This document shows, in pieces, positions 10,524 through 20,148 of a stretch of 64,000 bases of DNA. Position numbers and translations under genes: made by a program. The stretch's first letter is position 1. Each line of letters starts with the position of its first letter. This stretch comes from Cyanobacteria bacterium auto_48_18 (lineage in GTDB: Bacteria; Cyanobacteriota; Vampirovibrionia; Obscuribacterales; Obscuribacteraceae): contig JAVHQC010000020.1 of assembly GCA_036170915.1 (NCBI GenBank), forward strand, positions 1-64,000, in the 5' to 3' direction. The notes below the pieces were generated by a model. That model saw nothing but the letters and a program-made list of their open reading frames with translations, was not told the DNA's origin and did not search any database.

Positions 10524-11411
10524 TTGTGGAGTTTGATCATGACCTTAAATAAACAGACCCCTGGTAATTCTTCCAATGTGAGAAAGCTTTTCAGTGTGGC
10601 CATTGCATTTGTGGCGCCTCTGGCACTGAGCATTCCCGTGCAGGCCCAAGAAGCTGCTGACAAGCCGCCGGCCGGCTTTAACCGCCCTATGCCTCCGGCG
10701 GGCAGTGTAGAAACTGCAGATTCTGATGAGATGTTTTCTGCGCGGGGCCCCAATTTTGCAATGGCCTTACCACCAGGGGGCCCGAAGATGGATGGCATGA
10801 TGGATGCTGCCGGAATTGATATGGGCGCGCGGTTTCTAAAAGGTGATGTGGCAGTCAGCGACGCTCAATACGAAAAATTGCACAGCTTGCGCAGCGAGTT
10901 TATGGATAAATTTGGTCCAAAACTGGTGGAGTTGATGGGCCTCAGGCGCCGTCTTAAAGATGCTCTGGTGAGCGAAACAATCGACAGCTCTCAAGTTAGT
11001 GATTTGAGGAGCAAAATGATGCAAGCCGGCAAAGAAATGGCCGATTTGAAAATCGACAACGAAATTGCGGTGATGAATGTCTATACCCCAGAACAACGTA
11101 AGCATCTGCATATGGCTATGCTCAAATGCCCAGCATTAAATGGCGAAATGGGCGGCATGGGCGGTTTTGGTAAAATGCGAGGCATGTATGGCCCTGGTGG
11201 ACCAGGCATGCGAGGCCATCATCGTCATGGTGGGCAAGGCATGCATCGCGGCATGGGTGGAAAGACTGGGCAAAGTATGGCCCAATGCCCCATGGGCAAA
11301 GAATGTGGGGACGGGCCCAAGCATGGTGGTTGGCAGCCGAAAGACGGTGACCGTCAGGCTGGCACAGATAGACCTAAGCGTGGCGGCTGGCAACCCAAAG
11401 CAGAGAAGTAA
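10524..11411 (+). CDS. Spy/CpxP/ZraP-like periplasmic protein (start probably the ATG at 10539 or later)
   Basis: Signal peptide (…PVQA-Q); LTxxQ-like motifs VSDAQ and YTPEQR flanking a helical hairpin; G/M/H-rich tail. Confidence 0.75.
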   Translation: MWSLIMTLNKQTPGNSSNVRKLFSVAIAFVAPLALSIPVQAQEAADKPPAGFNRPMPPAGSVETADSDEMFSARGPNFAMALPPGGPKMDGMMDAAGIDMGARFLKGDVAVSDAQYEKLHSLRSEFMDKFGPKLVELMGLRRRLKDALVSETIDSSQVSDLRSKMMQAGKEMADLKIDNEIAVMNVYTPEQRKHLHMAMLKCPALNGEMGGMGGFGKMRGMYGPGGPGMRGHHRHGGQGMHRGMGGKTGQSMAQCPMGKECGDGPKHGGWQPKDGDRQAGTDRPKRGGWQPKAEK

Positions 11412-11423
11412 CCTTGAAAATCG

Positions 11424-12443
11424 ATGAAGTCGAGCACCATTAAAGCTTTGTCTCTGGCCGTGGCCGCTATTGTTTTTTCTGCCGACGCAGCATTTGCTGA
11501 CGCCGAGTCAGAAAAAGTTGAAGCTGCTGTGCGCAAGGCCCGCGTGGTAAGTTCGCACTATCCGCTGCATGCTGTAATTTCTGGCCAGGAGGCGACGATT
11601 TTAACTCGTCGCCATCCTAAGGCCACCGATGATGATCTTCGCATCGATTCTGTTTTGATCACCAAGGCCGTTGTCGATTCGTTCACCCCAGCCATCAGCA
11701 GGGTGAAAGTGCTTTTTCGTGACGAAGATGCGAGCAGTGGTAAGGCGGTGGAACTCACTGCCGATGACATTAAAGAGTATGGCAGCGGTTCCATGGATGC
11801 CAAAAAGTTTCTCGCCACTATAGCCGTCACCGAGGTTGGTGGCGACGAAGAACTGAAGCAAAGTAAATTGGCCGCTGCCGAGCGCAAATTGATGGTGTCA
11901 GCCGGGCCTTATGATGAAGAACGTTTGCTTCTGATGGATCGCATCAATACTTTACGCCGCAAAGGCACAGGAGTAACACCTTTTGAAGTGATGTTCGCAC
12001 AGATTGAAACGCTGGCCAAAGCGGGCGCACCAGCGCCGGTAAAAGAAGCCATGCGGGTTCTGGCCGACAAATTGGCACAGCAAGAAGATCTGGTGCGCCA
12101 AGCAAGTCGCACAGGCTCGGGCCGTGGTATCAGTGTTGTGAAATCTTCCAGAGTGGCCGACAGCCAGGGCCAAAACGTTGACTTCAACGGTGCACGTGGT
12201 AATAGCGATAATGAGCTTCGGAGCCTGCTTTTGCAGTACGAAAAGAGTCACTTTCGCTTTCGCAACGACCAAAGTAGTTGCGCATATTACCAGAGAAAAA
12301 TGAACGATATTCTCAGCGAGAAAAATAGTGGTGCTTCCACTGAAAGGTTAAAGACTTTACTCACCGGTTTAATTGATGAAATGAACCACGCTGGTAGTGG
12401 GCAAATGGCTGGTCGCTGGGGCAATAAAAAAGGGTCACAGTAA
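11424..12443 (+). CDS. Exported hypothetical protein
   Basis: 339-aa ORF with signal peptide (…AAFA-D); stop overlaps the kinase start (TAATG). Confidence 0.75.
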   Translation: MKSSTIKALSLAVAAIVFSADAAFADAESEKVEAAVRKARVVSSHYPLHAVISGQEATILTRRHPKATDDDLRIDSVLITKAVVDSFTPAISRVKVLFRDEDASSGKAVELTADDIKEYGSGSMDAKKFLATIAVTEVGGDEELKQSKLAAAERKLMVSAGPYDEERLLLMDRINTLRRKGTGVTPFEVMFAQIETLAKAGAPAPVKEAMRVLADKLAQQEDLVRQASRTGSGRGISVVKSSRVADSQGQNVDFNGARGNSDNELRSLLLQYEKSHFRFRNDQSSCAYYQRKMNDILSEKNSGASTERLKTLLTGLIDEMNHAGSGQMAGRWGNKKGSQ

Positions 12444-13981
12444 TGAGCCAAGACCAGGCTTCTAGCAGTATTGAACCTGAGTGTGAGCCTGGATCGCCAA
12501 CTATAAAAGATGTTGGTGTCGACTATAGTCATTCGTCAAATTTAGACCAAGATTTTGAAGCTGCCTTAGATGCAGCTGAACTAAAATTTCGAGAAAATCT
12601 GCATCAAGATCCGCTTATAGGCACCATACTTGATGGCAAATATCATGTGTTGGAAGTGCTTGGCTTTGGCGGCATGTCGGTAGTCTATAAAGCACGACAA
12701 GAGCCTGTAGATAGGCTTGTGGCCATTAAGACCGTCAAGTTCCGTGCTGATGAAAGACCAGATATATGGCGTCGGTTTGAACGCGAAGTACGCACCTTAA
12801 GTAAACTGTCGCATCCTAATGTGGTGACGGTATACGATTGTGTTATTGGCGACAATGGCCAGCCTTATGTGGTAATGGATTACCTCAAGGGAATGGGACT
12901 GGATCAGGCGCTTTTGAATGGCGGCCGCATGTCTTTAGCTCGTGTCTATAGCGTTGCTTCGCAAGTCTGCCTTGGTGTAGCTCATGCCCACAGGCATCAG
13001 GTTATTCATCGCGATATTAAACCAGCCAATATTATGCTTCTAGACTCAAGTATTAGTGGCTCTTGTTCAGTTGAAGGAGAGGTTTATGAACAGGTCAAAG
13101 TAGTTGATTTTGGCCTGGCTAAACTGGGCGAAGATTCTCGCCGGCTGACTCACTCGGGTGAGCTCTGGGGCTCGCCGCCTTATATGAGTCCTGAGCAAAT
13201 TTGCGGACGCGAGTGTGATGGCCGCGCTGATATTTACTCACTGGCCTGCGTCATTTATGAAATGCTCACCGGCCAAGACCCTTTCTGGGGCGCTAATGTT
13301 TATGAGCTTCTGCACTGTCATATGCACGACCGGCCAAAGCCTTTGAGTCAGGCCTGCCCTGAAGGCGATTTTCCATTGCAGCTGGAAAACGTTATTGCCA
13401 GAGCCATGGCTAAAGATCCAGCGGACCGCTACGAGACCATGATTGATTTTAAAGATGCTCTGGAAGAAGCATGTTTGCGGCCTTCGGGTGCTCGGGCCAT
13501 CACGGCTTTTGAACTCCCCCCAGAGCCAGCTGCAGTAAGCAGAAATCAGCCACCAGGAAAAGTAGCCAATAGTGCTTCGCACGTGCTTGCTATCGGTCTT
13601 AGCCTGCTACTGGTGGCTGCTTGCATATTATTTACTGTTAATATGGCGCATAAGATGGATGGTACAAAAGTCACCCGAGTTGTTCCGCCGAAGTACCTTG
13701 AGCCGCTGCCCACCGTTAGTTCAGCGCGGCCGTCTAAGTCGGCAGTTAGTTTGAGCAACAGCGCAAAAAGTCCGCTAAAGTTAAATCAGACAATAGTAAA
13801 GCGCCGAGTAACTGGCGCTGGACGGGATTCACGGAAATTCCAGGTTCGTAGTTTAAGTTCAGGCAAAACAATGAAAAATTCTGCTCCTAATTCAAGCACT
13901 CTGACCGTAGATCAGTCAAAATTCGACATGTTAAGGCGGCTGAAAAGTCCGCTTCTCAGAAATGAGGCCGAAGTCGACTAA
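12443..13981 (+). CDS. Membrane-anchored Hanks-type Ser/Thr protein kinase
   Basis: GFGGMSVVY, VAIK, HRDIKPAN, DFG, YMSPEQ and DIYSL motifs; one TM helix (VLAIGLSLLLVAACILFTV); basic low-complexity tail. Confidence 0.95.
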   Translation: MSQDQASSSIEPECEPGSPTIKDVGVDYSHSSNLDQDFEAALDAAELKFRENLHQDPLIGTILDGKYHVLEVLGFGGMSVVYKARQEPVDRLVAIKTVKFRADERPDIWRRFEREVRTLSKLSHPNVVTVYDCVIGDNGQPYVVMDYLKGMGLDQALLNGGRMSLARVYSVASQVCLGVAHAHRHQVIHRDIKPANIMLLDSSISGSCSVEGEVYEQVKVVDFGLAKLGEDSRRLTHSGELWGSPPYMSPEQICGRECDGRADIYSLACVIYEMLTGQDPFWGANVYELLHCHMHDRPKPLSQACPEGDFPLQLENVIARAMAKDPADRYETMIDFKDALEEACLRPSGARAITAFELPPEPAAVSRNQPPGKVANSASHVLAIGLSLLLVAACILFTVNMAHKMDGTKVTRVVPPKYLEPLPTVSSARPSKSAVSLSNSAKSPLKLNQTIVKRRVTGAGRDSRKFQVRSLSSGKTMKNSAPNSSTLTVDQSKFDMLRRLKSPLLRNEAEVD

Positions 13982-14008
13982 AAAATAGCTGAAGCAAGTA
14001 GTTGAATT

Positions 14009-15925
14009 ATGAAAAGACAAAAACACATCGCTTTATCTCTCCTCTTGTCGCTGACGCCTTTGATTCTGCCTGCAATTGCACCGGCAAATTACGGCTATTG
14101 CCAGTCAGTCAGTGCTGCTTGGTATGACACTGACAATACTTTCCTCGACAGGGGCAAGCAATCCTACAACCAGGGCCAGTTTGACCAGGCCATTACTGAG
14201 CTGACTCAGTCGATCAACATTAACAAAGACCGGGCCGATTCTTATTACTGGCGTGCTCTGGCGTTGCTCGCCATCAAGCAGAACGACCGTGCTCTGGCCG
14301 ACTTAAACGACGCCATACGAAGGGACCCAAACAGCACCAGTTGTTTCCTCAGTCGCGGTTTGTTGTATTCCAACCTTGGCCAGCTTGATAAAGCGATCAA
14401 AGATTTTGACCAGGCTCTGGCCATTGACCCCAATTTAATTGATGCTAAAACCAACCGCGATTTTGCCACTAAAGAATTAGCGAAGCAACAAATTGCTAAG
14501 GTCAATATGGTGCCGCCCACCAGCGAAACTCTCGAAATTGCCAGCTCTACCGTACCCGGCATCGGTCCAAACGTGTTTAGTTCGTCTGGTGTGCCGGCTC
14601 ATGTGGCCCGCACCACCAGTGGTTACGTTAATGGTAAGCCAACTTATGGTGTCTCGACCTCGGGCAGTGGCTCGTCGAAGCCGACTAAAGTTGCCACTGC
14701 TGCTACCAAAACTAACACCGTCACTGTAAGTTCTAATTCTGCTCCTGCTGTCACTTATGTCAGCCCTGTTGCTACCAATAGACCAACTGTTACCACACAA
14801 GACGTGGTTGCCACTGCTGCTGGTATCAATGATCCTAAATGGCTTGCTTTGCAAAAAGAGCTCGATGCTAAGGTGGCTCGTGAGAAAAAAGAAGCTGAGT
14901 TGGCTGCTGTAGAGCGTTCGCGCAATGAGCTCAAAGCACGAGAACTGGCTTTGAAAGAAAAGCAAATGGAAGAGCGTATTGCGCGTCAGCGCAGCAAGCA
15001 TGAAGTGGAAGACGCCAGACGCATGGCCATGGCCAATGTTGCTAAGAACAAACCGGTTACCCAAACAGCCGATGGGCCTGAGGTTAAGGTTGCCGCCGCC
15101 GCTGAAGAAGAATCTGCTCTTGAAGTGACTAATCGCCCAGTGCGCGACAAATGGGCTCTTATTGTTGGTATCAGTAATTTCCAAGATTCCAAACTCAATT
15201 TAAAATATCCGGCTAAAGATGCCAAAGATTTCCACGATTATCTTCTTAAAGAAGGTAACTTTGCTCCAGATCACGTGAAGCTGCTAACCAATGAGCAAGC
15301 TACTCGCGCCAACATTCTTTCTGAGTTGGGGGATAAGTGGCTACCTCGTGTAGCTAACCCGGATGACCTGGTTGTGATTTATATTTCCAGCCACGGTAGT
15401 GCTTCTGATATGGATATCGGCGGCGTAAATTATCTGCTTGCTTATGACAGCCAGGTTGATAGCCTCTACGCTTCTGGTCTGCCTATGCAAGATTTGACTA
15501 GAATTATCAAAGGCCGCGTTCACTCTGACAGGGTTGTGCTGGTTCTGGATGCATGTCATAGCGGCGCTGCTGAAGCTGGTGCAAAGGGATTGTTCCGTCA
15601 GGGAAATGTGGATATCACTGAGATGGCGCAAGGGACTGGACAGTTGGTGATCTCGTCGAGCCAGCCTTCGCAAGTATCATGGGAATCGAAACACTACCAG
15701 AACTCGGTATTTACAAGATGCTTGATCGAGTCATTGAAGAGCAAGGGTAATGCCACCACTCTTGGTGAAGCATTCACTAATATGAAAGATAAAGTTCAAC
15801 AAGAAGTCTTGACCGAACGTGGCGTTTTACAAACACCCGTCTTGAAATCTCGCTGGAAAGGCAATGAGCTGCGCCTGGCCGCACCCCCTATCAGTCCCCG
15901 CCCAGGCTTGAGCGAAACTCCATAG
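14009..15925 (+). CDS. Exported TPR-repeat plus caspase-like (peptidase C14) protein
   Basis: Signal peptide; about 3 TPRs; Ser/Thr-rich linker; coiled coil; KWALIVGIS, SSHG (His) and LDACHSG (Cys). Confidence 0.9.
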   Translation: MKRQKHIALSLLLSLTPLILPAIAPANYGYCQSVSAAWYDTDNTFLDRGKQSYNQGQFDQAITELTQSININKDRADSYYWRALALLAIKQNDRALADLNDAIRRDPNSTSCFLSRGLLYSNLGQLDKAIKDFDQALAIDPNLIDAKTNRDFATKELAKQQIAKVNMVPPTSETLEIASSTVPGIGPNVFSSSGVPAHVARTTSGYVNGKPTYGVSTSGSGSSKPTKVATAATKTNTVTVSSNSAPAVTYVSPVATNRPTVTTQDVVATAAGINDPKWLALQKELDAKVAREKKEAELAAVERSRNELKARELALKEKQMEERIARQRSKHEVEDARRMAMANVAKNKPVTQTADGPEVKVAAAAEEESALEVTNRPVRDKWALIVGISNFQDSKLNLKYPAKDAKDFHDYLLKEGNFAPDHVKLLTNEQATRANILSELGDKWLPRVANPDDLVVIYISSHGSASDMDIGGVNYLLAYDSQVDSLYASGLPMQDLTRIIKGRVHSDRVVLVLDACHSGAAEAGAKGLFRQGNVDITEMAQGTGQLVISSSQPSQVSWESKHYQNSVFTRCLIESLKSKGNATTLGEAFTNMKDKVQQEVLTERGVLQTPVLKSRWKGNELRLAAPPISPRPGLSETP

Positions 15926-16024
15926 CTAGCTTATGTGAGCTTCGCTTGTCAATAATTGGCCGAAACGGCAATGCTAGTACAATAGGATAGTTAGCCATCT
16001 TATTGAAAAAGTAGTTGTGTTGCC

Positions 16025-19000
16025 GTGAGCATGCTCCTTAGCGTTCCTTCAAAACAAGAGATTCTTGCTGCTTGCAAACAAGCGGAAGCAGATCAAAGTC
16101 GCACTGATTTAGGTGAAGGAAAGCTCAGCGAATTGTTGCAGGCGCTTTTAACCGCGCTTGAAACCAGTGCCACAGAAAAGCAGGCGGTGAAAGTTCTGCA
16201 TGAGCTTGCTGCCGAGCTGGCCAAAAATGAGTCGCATGAAAATCAGGCGCTTGTCATTAAAAGTGTTGGCTTACCCTCGCTGCCTGACCCAATCAGGTTA
16301 TTTTTGACCCCTGCTGTTTTTTCACCTGAGTTATGGGGACGCACTTTCGCTGAAGGATTACTAAAAAGCAAAGAACAGTTTCACGGCAAGAAAATTGTTG
16401 AAGTGGGCACAGGCTCAGGCTGGATAAGCTTGTTGCTGCTTTTCGTCACCAATGTCAAAGAAGTGTTGGGTCTGGATTTAAATCCTGTAGCTATAGTGAT
16501 GGCCAAACTCAACACATGGCTCAATGGCACCACCATGGACGGTGCTTATGTTTTGAGCATGGCCGGCGACCCGATCATCAAAGCTTTTCAGATGGAAGTG
16601 TCAGATTTGCTTGCAGCACCCCTTGCTGCCGGCCAAACTTTTGACCATGTGATTGGTTGCATACCGCAGGTGTTGCATCCCAATCCGGTGAAGCACGATG
16701 GCGATTCTGATTCAGAAAGTGCGGAAGGGCTATCTGAAAAAGATCTGTACGACCTGAGTAATTATTGTTTTGAGCAGGGCATTCTCGAAGACAGATTTGG
16801 CTTGCCTCTTATCGCTCGTGCCCTTGAGCAAGCACAGTTGTGCCTTAATGCCGGTGGCCGAGTAACTTTGGTTTTAGGTGGAAGGCCAGGGCGCCAAGCC
16901 ATTGAAAGTATGTTCGACCGTCGCGGTTATGAAAGTAAACTTGTCTGGATGCGCCGCATTCAACAAGCAGACGACACCGATCTCGCTTCTCTGGTGGAGC
17001 TTGAAGGTGAACACGGCATTCGTTTTCACTTCTTCATGTCTCGAGATTCAGAACTATCTATTTCTGCCGCAACAGCAGTCAAGCTTCTTGCTGCAGGTAG
17101 ACAGGTATTTCATGACCTGCTGGTTTACCAGGCAGACACCCGCTTCGAGCCTGAAATATTTGCATTTGTGCGTAACTTAAATCAGATGAAGCTGGAAAGC
17201 TTGCGCAAGGAGCTCGACTTTTCACGCTTGGGCCACGAGAAAATAAGCTTTTTAAGTCGCCTTTCACGCTCGCTTCTTGATGTTAAAACTATTCCATACC
17301 CTCATGAGCGCGGCGACATCAGTTTGCGGGTTGTCCTGGCTCGGTATCTTAAGGGCTTTTGCTACTATCCCGTTAGCGCCGATCAACTTTTTGTGGCACC
17401 GTCGCGCGCTGAACTGATTGATATCATTTTGCGCATGGCCACCACCAAAGGCGATCGAATTTTACTCTCGTCGTCTGTGCAAGATGTATATGCTCAAGTG
17501 GCAGCTGATAACGGTCTTGATCTGACTGTCGGTAACGATGACCTGACTGAGTTAAATGATCTCGACGATTTGACAGCACCAAGGGTGGTGCTAATTTCAC
17601 CCAGGCAATTGCTCAGCGCCTCACCGATTAACTTTAAAGCGATTTGTCAGCAGGCGCGCCTGCATCCTGATCGCTGGTATATCATCGATGATTCTGAAAG
17701 CTTCAGTATCAGCTCAGAGCTAGGTTCTAATATGACCTTGCGTTTCGCAGGGCAAGAGCCGCTGCCCGAAAATCTAGTGCTTTTGTATGGACTGATCAAA
17801 AACACAATCAGCCGCGATCTAGAATTGACTTTCCTGATAAACGCGCCGTCAGCCTGGCTCGAAGGGCTCGATATTGGTTGCGAACTTTCTTACTCGCGTA
17901 TTGCCTATCCCACCCAGTTGCTTTATCAGTGGCTGTTTGAAGATCTTATGACATTCCCTTTTCCTGATCAGGTTATAGAGAACGAATTTAGTCACTCGCA
18001 GGTTAATTCCGCTCTCAGCCCCCTTTTGCAGAAGCTAGCCGCTGACCCAGTTTTTGCACCAAAACCTGTTGATCTAGAAGAGCCAGGTTTGATTCGACTT
18101 GACTATGGCGAATTTGAAGCGGCAGTGCCGGATATTCTGGTAAAAGGTTTATTCAAGGGCTTTCTTGATGAAGAAACCGCTATACTGCCTCAGATTGTTA
18201 GCGAGCGTGTAGCCGCGTACATGAAGTGGACGAGGAAAATTTCGCTGCCAGGCAAACGCATTGTGCTTGCCCAAGGAGTATTTCCACTATTCGGTGCCTT
18301 GATAAAAAGTCTCTCGAAGCGCCTCGGGCGGCCTTGCCTGGTAGCCGTTCCTGATGGCAGTTACGGTCCGCTTTACCCTATGCTTGAGTATTACGGCGCT
18401 AGAGTTGTTGAAATTAAAACCAGCAGCGAACGAGCATATTTGATTTCACCCAAAGACCTGGCGGCGCTGAGCGAAAAACCAGATTTGCTCTGGTTGACTC
18501 AGCCAAATAATCCCAGCGGCATTTTCCTTGACCCTGAGCGATTACGCACAATCATTGAAAGTTGTCACAAACAAGACATCTATGTTTTCTCTGACGAGAT
18601 ATTTTTCTTGTTATCTGACCATCGCCTGGGTAAATGGACACCATCGTCGCTGTCGGCCGGATCGTATGCCACAGGACCTTGCGCCAGTCATATCTTTATG
18701 GCTGACGGCATCGCTAAGAGTTTTGCCGCTGGTGGCATGCGCTGTGGCTTTATGGTGGCGCCGGACGAAGAATGGGCTCAAGAAATTGCTGCATATGTAC
18801 AGCCGCCACCTGCAGCAATTTTGCGTGCCTGGGACGCCCTTTATTCAGCCTTTTTAGAAAAATCGCCGCACCAGATGATGGATGTCGCTCAAGCGTTTTC
18901 TGAAGTGGAGACCTATCTGAATGCTCAGCGCAAAATATTGTCGAATCGCCGTGAAGAGCTTTTACAGTTATTGAAAGCCAAAGGGCTTGATGATGGCTAC

Positions 19001-19237
19001 GATACGCCTTATCGTGGTGGGCTCTTCTTGCTCGCCAAACTAGATAGCCAACATGAGGCCCTGGCCAAGCAAGCTAAACTTTTGACTAACCCCGCGGTCT
19101 GGGCACGTACACCAGATATGGTGCGCATGTGCTTCTGCATTGATGAGGCCGCTTTCCGCGAAACAATGATCAGATTGCAGAAATTTTTAGAGCCGTCAGG
19201 TTCTTTAGGTGAGGAAGGAAACAATGGAAGACATTAA
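16025..19237 (+). CDS. Plant-type methionine S-methyltransferase (MMT-like): SAM-methyltransferase fused to PLP aminotransferase-fold domains
   Basis: EVGTGSGWIS, GCIPQVLHPNP, LSNYC…EDRFGLPLIARA, GGRPG and QADDTDLASLVELE match plant MMT motifs as I recall them; C-terminal PNNPSG, SDEIF and GIAKSFAAGGMRCG. Confidence 0.85.
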   Translation: MSMLLSVPSKQEILAACKQAEADQSRTDLGEGKLSELLQALLTALETSATEKQAVKVLHELAAELAKNESHENQALVIKSVGLPSLPDPIRLFLTPAVFSPELWGRTFAEGLLKSKEQFHGKKIVEVGTGSGWISLLLLFVTNVKEVLGLDLNPVAIVMAKLNTWLNGTTMDGAYVLSMAGDPIIKAFQMEVSDLLAAPLAAGQTFDHVIGCIPQVLHPNPVKHDGDSDSESAEGLSEKDLYDLSNYCFEQGILEDRFGLPLIARALEQAQLCLNAGGRVTLVLGGRPGRQAIESMFDRRGYESKLVWMRRIQQADDTDLASLVELEGEHGIRFHFFMSRDSELSISAATAVKLLAAGRQVFHDLLVYQADTRFEPEIFAFVRNLNQMKLESLRKELDFSRLGHEKISFLSRLSRSLLDVKTIPYPHERGDISLRVVLARYLKGFCYYPVSADQLFVAPSRAELIDIILRMATTKGDRILLSSSVQDVYAQVAADNGLDLTVGNDDLTELNDLDDLTAPRVVLISPRQLLSASPINFKAICQQARLHPDRWYIIDDSESFSISSELGSNMTLRFAGQEPLPENLVLLYGLIKNTISRDLELTFLINAPSAWLEGLDIGCELSYSRIAYPTQLLYQWLFEDLMTFPFPDQVIENEFSHSQVNSALSPLLQKLAADPVFAPKPVDLEEPGLIRLDYGEFEAAVPDILVKGLFKGFLDEETAILPQIVSERVAAYMKWTRKISLPGKRIVLAQGVFPLFGALIKSLSKRLGRPCLVAVPDGSYGPLYPMLEYYGARVVEIKTSSERAYLISPKDLAALSEKPDLLWLTQPNNPSGIFLDPERLRTIIESCHKQDIYVFSDEIFFLLSDHRLGKWTPSSLSAGSYATGPCASHIFMADGIAKSFAAGGMRCGFMVAPDEEWAQEIAAYVQPPPAAILRAWDALYSAFLEKSPHQMMDVAQAFSEVETYLNAQRKILSNRREELLQLLKAKGLDDGYDTPYRGGLFLLAKLDSQHEALAKQAKLLTNPAVWARTPDMVRMCFCIDEAAFRETMIRLQKFLEPSGSLGEEGNNGRH

Positions 19238-20129
19238 CGCTTTACCTGATTTATCAATGCGTGGCAAAAATTGCCTCATTACCGGGGCAACCTCAGGCAT
19301 TGGTAAGGTTACGGCAATGGAGCTGGCAGCTAAAGGCGCCAACATCATTATTGTCGGACGCAGCGTAGAAAAATGTGAGTCGACATTAGCGGAGATTGAA
19401 GCGAAGACAAGCAACGTCAATCTAGATTATTTAATTGCCGATCTTTCAGACTTTAATTCTGTAAAAAACCTGGCTAAAACTTTCACAAATAAATATTCAA
19501 AATTGAGTGTGTTGGTCAATAATGCTGGTGGCATTTTTATGCGCCGCGCTGATACGGCGGACGGCATCGAAATGACCTGGGCTCTCAATCACTTCGGCTA
19601 TTTCTGGCTTACCGGTTACCTGATTGATGTTCTGAAGAATACGACTCCATCTCGAATCATCAACGTGTCGTCAGATGCTCATAAACGCGCCACATTGAAC
19701 GGGCCACCCAATATGCACGATAAAATGCCGATTGGTTATTTGACTTACGCCAACACTAAACTGGCTAATTTGCTTTTTTCTTATCACCTGGCTTACAACA
19801 TCAAGTCAACCGGTGTTACAGTCAATGCCATGCATCCTGGTATTGTTGCCACCGATTTTGGCTCTAGCAATGGCATCATAGGTAAGGCCATTCAGCTGAA
19901 TGCGAAGGTGTTTGGTGTGAAGCCTGAGGTAGGTGCTCGCACTATTATTCAATTAGCTAGTGCTCCCGAACTCTACCAAGTTACCGGAAAATATTTCGTC
20001 AACGGTCGCGAAGTGCTGTCTTCTAAAGCTTCTTATGACACGAAGCTGGGAACGAAGTTCTGGCAGTGGAGTGTTGACGTTTCGCGCAGACATGGCATGG
20101 ATACAAAGCGAATTGAGTTTTTGCGGTAA
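19224..20129 (+). CDS. Short-chain dehydrogenase/reductase (retinol dehydrogenase/WWOX-like)
   Basis: TGATSGIG, NNAG, YANTK and HPG motifs; the ATG at 19224 follows GAGGAAGG and overlaps the MMT-like gene end by 14 nt (ORF track start 19209). Confidence 0.92.
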   Translation: MEDINALPDLSMRGKNCLITGATSGIGKVTAMELAAKGANIIIVGRSVEKCESTLAEIEAKTSNVNLDYLIADLSDFNSVKNLAKTFTNKYSKLSVLVNNAGGIFMRRADTADGIEMTWALNHFGYFWLTGYLIDVLKNTTPSRIINVSSDAHKRATLNGPPNMHDKMPIGYLTYANTKLANLLFSYHLAYNIKSTGVTVNAMHPGIVATDFGSSNGIIGKAIQLNAKVFGVKPEVGARTIIQLASAPELYQVTGKYFVNGREVLSSKASYDTKLGTKFWQWSVDVSRRHGMDTKRIEFLR

Positions 20130-20148
20130 TGCAATTACGAGAGTAAAT

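Noticed and set aside
14477..15184. Long antisense or alternative-frame ORFs (e.g. 14477-15184, 39159-39743, 62306-62884, 60082-60576)
   Set aside because: They lie wholly opposite or within well-supported genes, lack recognisable motifs and are best explained as shadow ORFs.
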